Shown here one piece after another: positions 1 to 9,654 of a DNA stretch of 64,000 nucleotides. The position numbers and the translations under genes were made by a program. The notes beneath the pieces are model-generated. The model saw only the letters and a list, made by a program, of their open reading frames with translations. It was not told the origin of the DNA and made no database searches. Position 1 is the first letter of the stretch; every line of letters begins with the position of its first letter. Location of the stretch: the NCBI GenBank assembly GCA_964573695.1, contig CAZNKB010000005.1, positions 46,012 through 110,011 of the forward strand, given 5' to 3'. The stretch comes from an uncultured Gammaproteobacteria bacterium (GTDB lineage Bacteria > Patescibacteriota > Microgenomatia > UBA10105 > UBA927).

Positions 1-525
1 GCCTTTTATCTTCTTCATGTGCCGCAGGGCGAATTGGATACGTTTTCCGAGGCTCTTACAAATCTCAAACGGAATACGGTTCTTTGTTCCCTATGCAAAA
101 ACGTAACAGAGAAAGACCCGTGTATTATCTGCGGCAACCCGAACCGAGACACGCGGATCATTTGTGTGGTTGAGCAGCCCACTGATGTGCTCTCGATCGA
201 AAAAACCGGGAAGTATAACGGCGTGTATCATGTGTTACATGGCAGCATAGACCCGCTCAATAACATTGGTCCGGACGAACTCTATATCGGCGATCTTATC
301 AAACGCGTCCAGGCGGCGACATACCCGGTCGAAGAGGTCATATTGGCGACAAATCCCAATATGGAAGGTGAAGCAACAAGTATGTATATACAGAAGCAAA
401 TACTGGGCAACAGTCCGAAGATAATAGTTACCAGACTCGCTCATGGGTTGCCTGTCGGGGCCGACATCGAATATGCTGATGAAGTGACATTATCTCGGGC
501 GTTGGAAGGGAGAAGGCAGTACTAG
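1..525 (+). CDS. recR: Recombination protein RecR, 5'-truncated by the window edge
   Basis: C4 zinc finger CSLCKN...CIIC followed by a Toprim-like region (RIICVVE..., ILATNPNMEGEATSMY). About 30 aa appear to be missing upstream of the GTG at 19. Confidence 0.85.
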   Translation, partial: AFYLLHVPQGELDTFSEALTNLKRNTVLCSLCKNVTEKDPCIICGNPNRDTRIICVVEQPTDVLSIEKTGKYNGVYHVLHGSIDPLNNIGPDELYIGDLIKRVQAATYPVEEVILATNPNMEGEATSMYIQKQILGNSPKIIVTRLAHGLPVGADIEYADEVTLSRALEGRRQY

Positions 526-527
526 CT

Positions 528-833
528 ATGGTGACCAAAAAACAAATTGAAGACGTGCTAAAAACGATACCCGATCCTGAAATCGGGGTATCGCTGTGGG
601 ATTTGGGATTGATTTACGGGGTTACGATAGACAAAAAGACGGGGAATGTCACCGTGAAAATGACGCTCACGACGATCGGATGCCCATTATTTAGCCTTAT
701 ATCAGAGCCTATTAAGCGGGAAGTAGGAAATATATCAGGAGTAAAGGCTGTTGAGGTGGAGCTGACGTTTGATCCACCATGGAATACCGATCGCATGAGC
801 GAAACCGCTAAACAACAGTTGGGATTTGTATAA
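528..833 (+). CDS. DUF59/MIP18-family Fe-S cluster assembly protein (SufT/PaaD-like)
   Basis: 101 aa with the motifs VKMTLTTIGCP and AVEVELTFDPPW, typical of this family. Confidence 0.7.
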   Translation: MVTKKQIEDVLKTIPDPEIGVSLWDLGLIYGVTIDKKTGNVTVKMTLTTIGCPLFSLISEPIKREVGNISGVKAVEVELTFDPPWNTDRMSETAKQQLGFV

Positions 834-834
834 T

Positions 835-1314
835 ATGGCTAACCCGGGAAGCATTCTCAATCAAATTGGTGAGTCGTTCGAAACGCTAACGAAAGATGTG
901 GCGCGCGAAACAGTGCAGGCCCCCAAAGACATCGTCGGTACGGCGCTTGAAAGTTTGGGAGCTTCAAGTGGCAAAAAACCCAAACAGACAGGGCAGTCTG
1001 TGCCGAAACAGGGTGATCCGGCCGGTACTTCAGAGGCAGCAGCGCCTTCAAACGGACCGAGTGACGAGGTCAAACGCGCAATCGCGAGAGCGGCGCTTCA
1101 GGAATTGTCCGGCAAATCACGACCCCGGGAAATGAGCGTATGGGAGAAACTCCAAAAGGAAGAAGAGCAAAAGAAAGAAATGGAGAAAAAACAAAAGGAA
1201 CAGGCGGCCAAACAGTCATTGCCTCAGCCGGCTGCTAAGAGGCCCCGTGGAGATTTATACGGTAAGAAAGCGAAACAAACCAACATGGAAAACAAAGCGA
1301 AACGCCAGGATTAA
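835..1314 (+). CDS. Hypothetical low-complexity Lys/Glu-rich protein
   Basis: ORF between the DUF59 gene and cysS. ATG at 835 (the ORF track's start at 826 is a TTG). Compositionally biased, no recognisable domain. Confidence 0.35.
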   Translation: MANPGSILNQIGESFETLTKDVARETVQAPKDIVGTALESLGASSGKKPKQTGQSVPKQGDPAGTSEAAAPSNGPSDEVKRAIARAALQELSGKSRPREMSVWEKLQKEEEQKKEMEKKQKEQAAKQSLPQPAAKRPRGDLYGKKAKQTNMENKAKRQD

Positions 1315-1330
1315 TTATTTCAGCACCAAT

Positions 1331-2752
1331 ATGAAACTGTACAATTCGTTATCACGCACCATAGAGGATTTTGGGCCGCTTCATCCGCCGAAGGTCAGTT
1401 TATACACGTGTGGCATGACCGTCTATGATTTTGCACACATAGGGCACGGGAGGAAGTACGTCGGGGACGATATTTTGCGCAGAACTCTCACCCGTTTCGG
1501 GTATTTGGTAACGCATGTCCAAAACGTCACGGATGTGGGCCATCTTTCCTCGGATGCTGATGAAGGGGAAGACAAAATGGAAAAGGGTGCCAAAAAATAC
1601 GGCAAGACCGTGTGGGAAGTGGCGCAGTTTTACACAGAACAATTTTACGCATCCATGGATGCACTACATATTTTGCGCCCGACGGTTATATGCAAAGCGA
1701 CAGAGCACATACCGGAACAAATTGCGCTGATAGAAAAATTAATTGCCAATGGTTTGGCGTATGATACACAAGAAGCCGTCTACTTTGACGTGACGAAATT
1801 TCCGGGATATGCGTTGCTTTTTGGGCGCCAAACCCTTGAGGAAAAGAAGACGGCAGTGAGGGAAACGGTAAATGAAGGCGAGCATAAAAAGCACGCAGCT
1901 GACTTCGTGTTATGGTTTAAGCGTGTCGGCAGGTTTACCGACCATGCGATGCATTGGGATAGTCCCTGGGGCGACGGATTCCCCGGTTGGCATATAGAGT
2001 GCTCGGCGATGAGTATGAAATATTTGGGAGATTCGATTGATATCCATACCGGCGGCATTGATCATATACCCGTTCATCATCCCAATGAAATTGCCCAAAG
2101 CGAAGGTGCGACCGGTCAACCGTTCGTTAGGTATTGGGTACATTATAATTTCCTTCGTGTGAATGGCAAAAAAATGAGCAAGAGTTTGGGTAATTTTTTT
2201 ACGATAGATGACGTTGTGAAAAAAGGGGTCGATCCTTTAGCGCTTCGGTACTTTTACCTGACGTCACATTATCGGAGCGAGCTCAACTTTACCTGGGAAT
2301 CATTATCGGCCGCTGCAGCCGCCTTAGTCGAACTCCAGAAACAGGTAGTACTACTCAAAGCAAATACGACCGGTCGCCAAAGTTTAAGCGAAGAGAAACT
2401 TCATAAGGTCGATGAGTACCGGGCAAAGTTTGACGCGGCACTGGAAAACGATATGAATACTCCACAGGCGCTGGCGGTAGTCTGGGAAACACTCAAGTCA
2501 AACATCCCAAGTCCGGACAAATATGACCTTCTTATGGATTTTGACGAAGTACTAGGGCTTCAATTGTCCCACGTTGCAACGCCGACTAAGCATGCGGCAG
2601 TTCCGGAGAGTGTGAGAGCTTTGGTAGAAAAACGCGATATGCTGCGGAAAGCCAAGCGGTTTGCAGAGTCCGATGCAGTTCGTGATGAGATCGCCGCACT
2701 TGGATTCGATATAGAGGATGCTTCTTCGGGTACTATTGTCCGGGCGAGGTGA
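1331..2752 (+). CDS. cysS: Cysteinyl-tRNA synthetase
   Basis: HIGH motif (HIGHGRKY) and KMSKS motif (KMSKSLGNFF), class I CysRS layout. Start placed at MKLYNSLS (ATG 1331); the longer ORF from 1247 overlaps the upstream gene. Confidence 0.95.
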   Translation: MKLYNSLSRTIEDFGPLHPPKVSLYTCGMTVYDFAHIGHGRKYVGDDILRRTLTRFGYLVTHVQNVTDVGHLSSDADEGEDKMEKGAKKYGKTVWEVAQFYTEQFYASMDALHILRPTVICKATEHIPEQIALIEKLIANGLAYDTQEAVYFDVTKFPGYALLFGRQTLEEKKTAVRETVNEGEHKKHAADFVLWFKRVGRFTDHAMHWDSPWGDGFPGWHIECSAMSMKYLGDSIDIHTGGIDHIPVHHPNEIAQSEGATGQPFVRYWVHYNFLRVNGKKMSKSLGNFFTIDDVVKKGVDPLALRYFYLTSHYRSELNFTWESLSAAAAALVELQKQVVLLKANTTGRQSLSEEKLHKVDEYRAKFDAALENDMNTPQALAVVWETLKSNIPSPDKYDLLMDFDEVLGLQLSHVATPTKHAAVPESVRALVEKRDMLRKAKRFAESDAVRDEIAALGFDIEDASSGTIVRAR

Positions 2753-2777
2753 TACTTCGTGAGCCTAGCACTTGCGG

Positions 2778-3182
2778 TTATTTCTGAACAATAGCCACGT
2801 CCGCCGCCGTTACCTGCTTTGAGACGACGTTAAAGGAATCGGAATTTACCGTGAAGGTAACTTTTGCTCCCGGTACTGCAGTAAACAGGCTAAATGTCTG
2901 TGGCGGGGTGACTGTCCAGGTGCCGTAGTTGACCGGCTTACCGCTTCTGCTTTCGGCAGCAAACTGGACGTCCAGCACTGTTATGGTTCCGGCTGTCTCG
3001 TCGATGTGATCGACTGTTCCCGTGAGTTTGAGCGTGTTTATGACTCCTGCCTTTGCTCGGATGTCCGTTGCCGAACTTTGGTTATTTTTGACGACGTTTA
3101 TAATAGCGGTCGTGATTACCCCCACAATGATAAGGGCCCCGAGTGCTATCGCGTAGACCATGGAATCAGGTCTTTTGTTCAT
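2778..3182 (-). CDS. Hypothetical membrane-anchored protein
   Basis: N-terminal TM helix (AIALGALIIVGVITTAII). Start taken at the internal Met, 8 nt downstream of the glycosyltransferase stop, so probably co-transcribed. Confidence 0.4.
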   Translation of the reverse strand: MNKRPDSMVYAIALGALIIVGVITTAIINVVKNNQSSATDIRAKAGVINTLKLTGTVDHIDETAGTITVLDVQFAAESRSGKPVNYGTWTVTPPQTFSLFTAVPGAKVTFTVNSDSFNVVSKQVTAADVAIVQK

Positions 3183-3189
3183 TATGTAC

Positions 3190-4338
3190 TCATTGTGCAA
3201 TGTAGGGCAGTACAGTGTCAAGCGCGTGCGCGGCCTGTGTATTCCAATCGAGTGACACGCCCAATGATCTGGCCTGGCGGCCCAGATCCGCTCTCTTTCC
3301 GGGATTTCGGAGTAAACGAATTATCGCCTCGGAAAATTCCGGCACGTCAAATAGTTTTACGAGTATAACCCCCTTGGGGTAGACGATTTTTCGTAAATTA
3401 TAGGCAACTCCCGGCACGCCGCATGCAAGCGCTTCGTCTAGAGCGAGATTTCCCGTGTCATAGTGCGACGACGAAATAAACATCCGTGAGGATACAAGAA
3501 GGTTAAATTTGTCGGTTCCGTCGATTTGATCTAGGAGTGAAATGTTTTTTTCGAGTTTACAATCTGTGATAGCCTGGCGTAGCGCTCCCTTTAGAAATCC
3601 CGCTCCGGCGATTGCCAGTCGGGCACGGGGCAATATTCGGGTTACCAATTTCCAGATGTCGACGAGCTCTGTGATGTTTTTTTGTGGATGAAATCTTCCG
3701 ATGTAGACGGCATCGTAGACTTTTTCGTGGGCAGATAGCCTCGCTTGCGTGGCGGCTTTTATATCTGCTCCTCCCCTTATGGCTGTGGCGCGTTTGTGCC
3801 AGTGGGTTCGTATGTAGGTTGCGTCTACGGGGCTTGCGGTCCAGACGGTGTCTGCAAACAGCCTCATAAGGGTGATCCCGATGAGGTACTCCAGCCAAAA
3901 CACCCAGCGGTTAAACAGATTGGAGCCGTATGTTTTTCGCCATGGGGGAAGAAGAAATATATAGCAACCTACCACAAGCAATGCGCGCGGGTGTTTGTGC
4001 GCATCGATAAGCGCAGGGAGTAAATCCTGTAAACTCCACGACCCGGCAAAGATAATCGCTGCATCCAATTGGGGACGTTTATACACGTCAATAACGGCAT
4101 TTAGGATGTGCGCAAGACTTGCCAGGAGTACGCTCTTGTAGTCGGTTTTGAGAATTCGGGCTACGGTCATTTGGTGGGAAGCTATGCCGCGTAAACGAAA
4201 AAAATCGACGGCGTCCTGACTTATGGACACGGTAGCCGTGTGTCCGGCAGCATTCCAAGCACGGGTAAATTCCGCCGCGATGACATCTCCGCCGCTTACA
4301 ACTTCATGGAAACTATGATCGTAGACGCGTATATTCAT
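3190..4338 (-). CDS. GT-B fold (GT4-like) glycosyltransferase
   Basis: 382 aa with a two-domain GT-B pattern and a C-terminal donor-binding-like stretch (E..ALACGVPGVAYN). Confidence 0.75.
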   Translation of the reverse strand: MNIRVYDHSFHEVVSGGDVIAAEFTRAWNAAGHTATVSISQDAVDFFRLRGIASHQMTVARILKTDYKSVLLASLAHILNAVIDVYKRPQLDAAIIFAGSWSLQDLLPALIDAHKHPRALLVVGCYIFLLPPWRKTYGSNLFNRWVFWLEYLIGITLMRLFADTVWTASPVDATYIRTHWHKRATAIRGGADIKAATQARLSAHEKVYDAVYIGRFHPQKNITELVDIWKLVTRILPRARLAIAGAGFLKGALRQAITDCKLEKNISLLDQIDGTDKFNLLVSSRMFISSSHYDTGNLALDEALACGVPGVAYNLRKIVYPKGVILVKLFDVPEFSEAIIRLLRNPGKRADLGRQARSLGVSLDWNTQAAHALDTVLPYIAQ

Positions 4339-5366
4339 GGCACAAATATGTCATGACGCTTACTGAAATCGTCGCTAAACATTCTCGTATTTCCTCCGAG
4401 TAAATGGATTCGTTTGCCTATGGCAACTGCTGTAGAGGCATAGCGAGCTTCCCGTAAATCAGGATGCCGCGTCCAGGTGTCTGATTGAGAATTGTATTCG
4501 AATACATACGGTGATACTGCCCACCCTTGTTCTCCGCCAAATACGAATACCTTACTGCCCAATCCCACAGCGGCAAATCCGCACAACCGCATCGGGAGCG
4601 GGGAAGCGGTGTGCCACATATTTGATTTCGGATCATATACTTCATGCGTCGTAAGCGAGCCGAAACGATCTGTGTTATAGCCGCCTAACGCATGGAGTTT
4701 CCCTCCACTGACTGCAACAGCGAGATGTTCCCGTGGCGTGGGCATGTCTTGTCCGCGTGACCAGGATGATGAGGCGATATCATATATTTCGAGCGTTTTA
4801 TATTTACGGTTGTAGTCGGCACCTCCTACGGCGTAGAGCTTGCCATGTATGTATACTACTCCCAACGCACCCCGGCGAGTTGGCATGTCTGGTAAACGTC
4901 GCCACGAGAGGCTTTTCGGGTCATATTGCCACACGAGGGATAATGGCGCGATACGGATGCCGCACCCTCCAACGATATAGAGATATGTCTTGTCCGCAGT
5001 TACTCCGGGGTGGTGGGTCACATGCGGTACGTTAGGCAGCGACATCCACGTGCCCTTGCGCGCGTCGTAGCTTTCATATTTGGCGGTCGGCAGCCATACC
5101 GAGGGCTGAAAAATACCACCCGCAACATACATGACCTCTCCGATTGCAGCAGCTCCGAATTCGTATCGGTGTGACGGCAAATCCGCAGCATGGAGCATGC
5201 GGCTTTTGGCGGCTCGCGCCACTTTGAGCGCGGGTCCTTCAATATAAGTACGGTCTGGCCGGTGCCATAGATCGCGGAGTACATAAAGTATGCCAAGACC
5301 AAATCGTGTGAGGGCAAATAGTGGCGCAAGCAAGGGATTATGTTCCATATAGAGCGTCTTTCGCAT
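4335..5366 (-). CDS. Kelch-repeat beta-propeller protein with an N-terminal membrane segment
   Basis: Repeated GG...Y/W blades (LYAVGG, LHALGG, VFVFGG, IHLLGG). Start placed at MRKTLYMEHN (5366), so it does not run into the divergent ABC gene. Confidence 0.7.
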   Translation of the reverse strand: MRKTLYMEHNPLLAPLFALTRFGLGILYVLRDLWHRPDRTYIEGPALKVARAAKSRMLHAADLPSHRYEFGAAAIGEVMYVAGGIFQPSVWLPTAKYESYDARKGTWMSLPNVPHVTHHPGVTADKTYLYIVGGCGIRIAPLSLVWQYDPKSLSWRRLPDMPTRRGALGVVYIHGKLYAVGGADYNRKYKTLEIYDIASSSWSRGQDMPTPREHLAVAVSGGKLHALGGYNTDRFGSLTTHEVYDPKSNMWHTASPLPMRLCGFAAVGLGSKVFVFGGEQGWAVSPYVFEYNSQSDTWTRHPDLREARYASTAVAIGKRIHLLGGNTRMFSDDFSKRHDIFVP

Positions 5367-5421
5367 TATATCCGATTCTAGTGAGAAGGGGAAAAAAGGT
5401 GTAAGATATCCTACAGAGAGA

Positions 5422-7233
5422 ATGAAAAATATCGTCAGTATATTCCGGTTTACCAAGAACTTTCGGGGCTGGTACCTAGCGATGAGTTTTTTTATCATCG
5501 TGTCGGCACTGCTCAATTTTGTCACGCCCTTCGTACTCAAAAAAATTGTCGACGTAATTACCCTGCAAATAACCGGCTCCGGGGGGGAGATCACGGTAAT
5601 TTATTGGGCATTGGGTATATTGCTTGTTTCTGATGTGGCGGGTACCGTACTTACAGCCTACAGCATGTGGATCGGTGATCAGCTGGCCGTCAAACTTCAG
5701 ACGTTTCTGTCCTCACGGTTTTATCGTCATGTGTTATCACTCGATGTCGGATATTTTGACAGTATTGCCGTAGGTAACCTTACAAATAAATTGTACCGAG
5801 GGATCGCCAGCATTACGAGCTTTATCCAGAACGCGACGAATAACTTTCTGCCGTTTTTTCTCACGGCTTTTATTACGATCGGTATTCTCATGATGTATTC
5901 TCCGGTAGTCGGCATATTGCTTGCGGCACTCTTTCCGCTTTACACGGTCATAACACACCGTTCATCCGTAGCATGGGGTAAGCATGAGGGCAAAAAAAAC
6001 GAAATCGGGGATATTTCTCAGGGCAGAGCACTCGAAAGTCTTAGCGGCATACGGGTGGTTAAAGCGTTCGTAGGAGAGCTTTTTGAATTCAAAACATTTG
6101 TCGCCGCACGGGATAAGATAGAAGAAATCACCCGGCAACAGACGAAGGAGTGGCACGTATTCGATTTTTACCGCCGGATAGTATTAAACGTTATTCTGTT
6201 TATCATCATTTCATATATCTTGTATGAAACATATCACGGTATCTATTCACTTGGCGAGATGACGCTGTTGTTGCAGCTTGTCAATCAGGCGAGGTGGCCG
6301 CTTTTTGCCATGTCATTTATCATCGGCCAAATCCAACAGGCAGACGCCGGAAGCAAAGATTTTTTTGAGGTGCTAAATACCCGACCGGCTATCCTTGATA
6401 AGCCGGGAGCCAAAGTGCTCGCTTGGCCTAGATCGACAAGAGGATCTGTGCTTGACGTGCGCGACGTTTCTTTTGCCTATGGAAATAATTCCGAAGCAGT
6501 GCTCAAGCATATATCGTTTTCGCTTCGCCACGGGGAGAAGCTCGCGCTGGTCGGAGAAAGCGGCCAGGGAAAGTCAACACTTGTCAATTTAATTCTCCGC
6601 TACTATGTTCCGCAAAAGGGGATGATCGCGCTTGCCGGCAAAGACGTCTCGGGTGTAACAAGCGATTCGCTCAGAAAATGTATTTCCATAGTATTTCAGG
6701 ATGCGTTGCTTTTTTCGGGAACTATATCGGAAAATATCCGCTACGGAACTCCCGGCGCGACCGATAAACAAATGTACGAAGCGGCCAGGTTAGCAAACGC
6801 TACAGAATTTATCGATACACTTGAGCACAAGTATGAAACGACCATAGGTGAGCGGGGCGTCAAGCTCTCCGGAGGCCAGAAGCAGCGGATTGCTATCGCG
6901 CGGGCCATACTCCATGATGCGCCATTTATTATCTTAGACGAGGCGACAAGTTCGCTCGACAGTAAATCTGAATTATTGGTGCAGCAGGGACTTGCACATC
7001 TGACCCGTGGGAAAACGACGATTATCATCGCACACCGCTTATCGACACTTTCGGGTGTCGACAAGATTTTGGTGCTTCAGGGAGGGGAGGTTGGACAATT
7101 CGGTTCTCCGACAGAACTGCTTCGGGACAAGCGCGGCCTCTATGCGCGCATGATAGAGCTTCAAAAGACGCTCCTGGGGGCTTCCGAGGAAGAGCGCTCA
7201 CGCGCGCTTGAAAAATACGATTTGGTCGGATAA
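5422..7233 (+). CDS. ABC transporter permease/ATPase fusion (MsbA-like exporter)
   Basis: Six-TM N-terminal half; Walker A GESGQGKST, ABC signature LSGGQKQR, Walker B IILDEATS. Confidence 0.9.
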   Translation: MKNIVSIFRFTKNFRGWYLAMSFFIIVSALLNFVTPFVLKKIVDVITLQITGSGGEITVIYWALGILLVSDVAGTVLTAYSMWIGDQLAVKLQTFLSSRFYRHVLSLDVGYFDSIAVGNLTNKLYRGIASITSFIQNATNNFLPFFLTAFITIGILMMYSPVVGILLAALFPLYTVITHRSSVAWGKHEGKKNEIGDISQGRALESLSGIRVVKAFVGELFEFKTFVAARDKIEEITRQQTKEWHVFDFYRRIVLNVILFIIISYILYETYHGIYSLGEMTLLLQLVNQARWPLFAMSFIIGQIQQADAGSKDFFEVLNTRPAILDKPGAKVLAWPRSTRGSVLDVRDVSFAYGNNSEAVLKHISFSLRHGEKLALVGESGQGKSTLVNLILRYYVPQKGMIALAGKDVSGVTSDSLRKCISIVFQDALLFSGTISENIRYGTPGATDKQMYEAARLANATEFIDTLEHKYETTIGERGVKLSGGQKQRIAIARAILHDAPFIILDEATSSLDSKSELLVQQGLAHLTRGKTTIIIAHRLSTLSGVDKILVLQGGEVGQFGSPTELLRDKRGLYARMIELQKTLLGASEEERSRALEKYDLVG

Positions 7234-7238
7234 TCCTT

Positions 7239-8285
7239 ATGAAGAAACGAATGTCGGTCGCGGCCCTTGTCGTCGTGACAGTGCTGGGTCTTTTCTTGTT
7301 TGATCGCTTGAGGCAGCGAAAAAATCAGGAGCAAGTTGCCAAATCGTTTTTTACCCTTCCCGGGTCTATGACGACCCCGACGCCGTTTCCGTTTTCTGAG
7401 ATGACGATACCGTATTTACGACAGCGTAACTATACAAGTGCCCTTGGAGAGCGAGAGCAAATTTCCGACGGTGCGGCATCGTATACGTCCTACGTTACCC
7501 GGTATGATTCGGACGGACTAAACATTCGGGGGTTACTCACGATTCCAAAGGGGACGATGCCTGAAAAAGGCTGGCCTGCCATAGTTTTTGTCCATGGGTA
7601 TATTCCTCCAACACTATACCGCACGAAAGAGAATTACGTGTCGTATGTCGATTCGCTTGCAAGAAACGGTTTTGTGGTATTCAAAATTGACCTTCGTGGT
7701 CATGATCAGTCTCAGGGAGAACCCGGAGGCGCGTATTATTCTTCCGATTACGTGGTAGATACGCTCAATGCGCGGGCGGCTCTTGCATCTTCGGATTTTG
7801 TTGACAAGACAAAGATCGGCCTTTGGGGTCATAGTATGGCGGGCAACGTGGTTATGCGTGCGTTTGCAGCACGGCCAGATATTCCTGCGGTAGTCATTTG
7901 GGCGGGAGCAGGGTATACGTATACGGATTTACTTACTTATAGAATATCGGACGCGAGTTACCGGCCGCCGCTTCTTACGACGCCACGGCAAGCCAGGCGC
8001 CAACAGCTTCGAGATACGTACGGGGAGTTTACGGAAAGTAGTCCATTCTGGCGGCAGGTTGCCGTTACGGATTATCTTAAAGATCTCAAAGGCGCTTTGG
8101 AGATTCACCATGCTGTTGACGACATGGTGGTAAGTGTCGAGTACAGCCGTAATCTTATGAAACTATTAGATGAGACAGATGTGACGCACAGGTTATACGA
8201 ATACTCCTCAGGAGGGCATAATATTTCGGGAGCAAATTTTCCCACAGCAATGCAGCGGACTGTAGAATTTTTTAGATCGCACTGA
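7239..8285 (+). CDS. Alpha/beta hydrolase (S9/dienelactone-hydrolase-like) with an N-terminal TM segment
   Basis: GxSxG nucleophile elbow (GLWGHSMAGN). Catalytic H near the C-terminus (SGGHN). Confidence 0.65.
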   Translation: MKKRMSVAALVVVTVLGLFLFDRLRQRKNQEQVAKSFFTLPGSMTTPTPFPFSEMTIPYLRQRNYTSALGEREQISDGAASYTSYVTRYDSDGLNIRGLLTIPKGTMPEKGWPAIVFVHGYIPPTLYRTKENYVSYVDSLARNGFVVFKIDLRGHDQSQGEPGGAYYSSDYVVDTLNARAALASSDFVDKTKIGLWGHSMAGNVVMRAFAARPDIPAVVIWAGAGYTYTDLLTYRISDASYRPPLLTTPRQARRQQLRDTYGEFTESSPFWRQVAVTDYLKDLKGALEIHHAVDDMVVSVEYSRNLMKLLDETDVTHRLYEYSSGGHNISGANFPTAMQRTVEFFRSH

Positions 8286-8299
8286 ATACCAGGATTCTC

Positions 8300-8884
8300 C
8301 TATCGCCTTGAGCGCCGCAACTTAAATACAAATGTGTTGATCAGAGCTCCCATAGGTAGTGGTAACGCGGGTGCTCCCTCGTCTGACACGAGGGTAACGG
8401 CATGCGTCTTTATATCAGGGATAATGTGAGCTGCGTGTTTTTCCCCGCCGCGTTTGGTTTGTAGGAGGAATATGCCGACGACCCGATTGCCGTTTCTTAC
8501 CTCGTCGTCTATTTGGGGAAGAGAAAGGGATTTTTCTACGATATGATAATCGCCTAATGCTTTGCCCAGCGGTGTGCCACGTTGCGCGAGTAATCGGGGC
8601 AAACGGCGTATATGACCGTTGTCTCTCGACATGAGTCGGTGACCGAGAGCTGAGGATTTCCTTTGCCCCATGCGCCTGGCGGAAGTGTACTCATATTCGA
8701 ATTGGGTATCATCCTGGGGGTCGAGTTGTATGAGGCGCTCTCTGTAGTCGCTTTCCTCGGCTCGCACGCCAACAGCAGAGCTAAATGCGCGAATGACACA
8801 GCCTTGATCTTCTTCGCGTTGTTTGTACCGAACAGCATCAAGATCAACGCCTAACCGTTTCATGGCATCTTTCCAAGATTCCAT
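8300..8884 (-). CDS. dCTP deaminase/dUTPase-superfamily-like protein (putative)
   Basis: Start taken at the internal MESWKD. Its ATG shares one nucleotide with the upstream stop (TAATG). Weak similarity to Dcd patterns (RGTPLGKALGDYHIV.. ~ GRSSLARLGLMVHV; ALPLPMGALI ~ LPLALRPGMLIGAL). The assignment is tentative. Confidence 0.35.
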   Translation of the reverse strand: MESWKDAMKRLGVDLDAVRYKQREEDQGCVIRAFSSAVGVRAEESDYRERLIQLDPQDDTQFEYEYTSARRMGQRKSSALGHRLMSRDNGHIRRLPRLLAQRGTPLGKALGDYHIVEKSLSLPQIDDEVRNGNRVVGIFLLQTKRGGEKHAAHIIPDIKTHAVTLVSDEGAPALPLPMGALINTFVFKLRRSRR

Positions 8885-9552
8885 TAGGTTATCTCCTTTG
8901 CTTTTTGGGGCACCAAAAATTGTGAAAGAGCACTTATTAAGCGCTGAGCATCGTTGTTTCGCACCACAAACGATAACTCCGTATATGTGGAGACGATTTC
9001 GATAATATTGATGCGTGAGGAGGCGAGTGCCGATATGAGGGTAAAGAGCATGTTGGGAATTTCTATATATTCCTGCTCGATAAACCGTACTGTTATGGCA
9101 GTCAAATCCATATACCGGCCTTTCGGGGGAGCGGGAAATTGGTTTACGATTTGGTCCAAATGCGCACTGTCGCATATGACCGTCAGTTCGTGTGTTCCTT
9201 GCGTTATGGCAAAAAAAGCCTCCGGGTTGACGATGAGTGTGTTGAGCTTTGCCGCGGCGATCACAGCTTCCTTGGTTTTTTCATATGTTATTTCGCTCAG
9301 GTTTGCCCGAAGCGACAATTCTTCGATTTTCACCGGGGGACGATAATCCGGCTCATCGAGGAATTTGCCCCGTATCCGAGACATGGAAACGACGATTGAT
9401 CCTACTGATACCGGCTTATAGAGCCGAGAACTGATTTGGGGTGCTATTTTTTTGGCATATGCACTCATGTTGAGGTAGCCGAGTTTGAGCGCTTCACGCG
9501 CAATGTCGTCTCCTTTGAAAATTTCTTCTATTACCTGGGATATTTTGATCAT
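8884..9552 (-). CDS. Putative regulator with an N-terminal HTH-like segment and two ACT-like domains
   Basis: 222 aa. Two ACT-like domains, the second reading TLISALASSRINIIEIVSTYTELSFVV, an aspartokinase-type ACT pattern. N-terminal 40 aa look helix-turn-helix-like. The start codon sits inside a perfect palindrome. Confidence 0.45.
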   Translation of the reverse strand: MIKISQVIEEIFKGDDIAREALKLGYLNMSAYAKKIAPQISSRLYKPVSVGSIVVSMSRIRGKFLDEPDYRPPVKIEELSLRANLSEITYEKTKEAVIAAAKLNTLIVNPEAFFAITQGTHELTVICDSAHLDQIVNQFPAPPKGRYMDLTAITVRFIEQEYIEIPNMLFTLISALASSRINIIEIVSTYTELSFVVRNNDAQRLISALSQFLVPQKAKEIT

Positions 9553-9572
9553 ATGTTATAAATATAACATAT
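9551..9572. promoter_or_regulatory. Perfect 22-bp palindrome ATATGTTATAaaTATAACATAT overlapping the start codon and -10 region of the HTH-ACT gene (putative operator)
   Basis: 10-bp perfect inverted arms with a 2-bp spacer. On the minus strand a TTGTTA, 17-nt spacer, TATATT promoter-like pair places the transcription start at or near the ATG, consistent with a leaderless mRNA. Confidence 0.5.
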
Positions 9573-9654
9573 TTAGTCAAATGTAACAATTATTTATAAA
9601 ATTTACATATCCAATATACGCCCGTATACTCACGCAAGAGAGGAGGTGAGATAT

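Noticed and set aside
1400-2143. Antisense ORFs inside cysS (and similar antisense ORFs within gyrA, the ABC gene, hutH, etc.)
   Set aside because: They are embedded in strongly supported genes on the opposite strand and lack independent evidence. Typical of moderate-to-high-GC frames.
8885-9175. 291-aa version of the ORF at 8300-9175
   Set aside because: Its first 97 codons overlap the HTH-ACT gene out of frame. The internal ATG at 8884 gives a TAATG coupling junction and a coherent 194-aa product.
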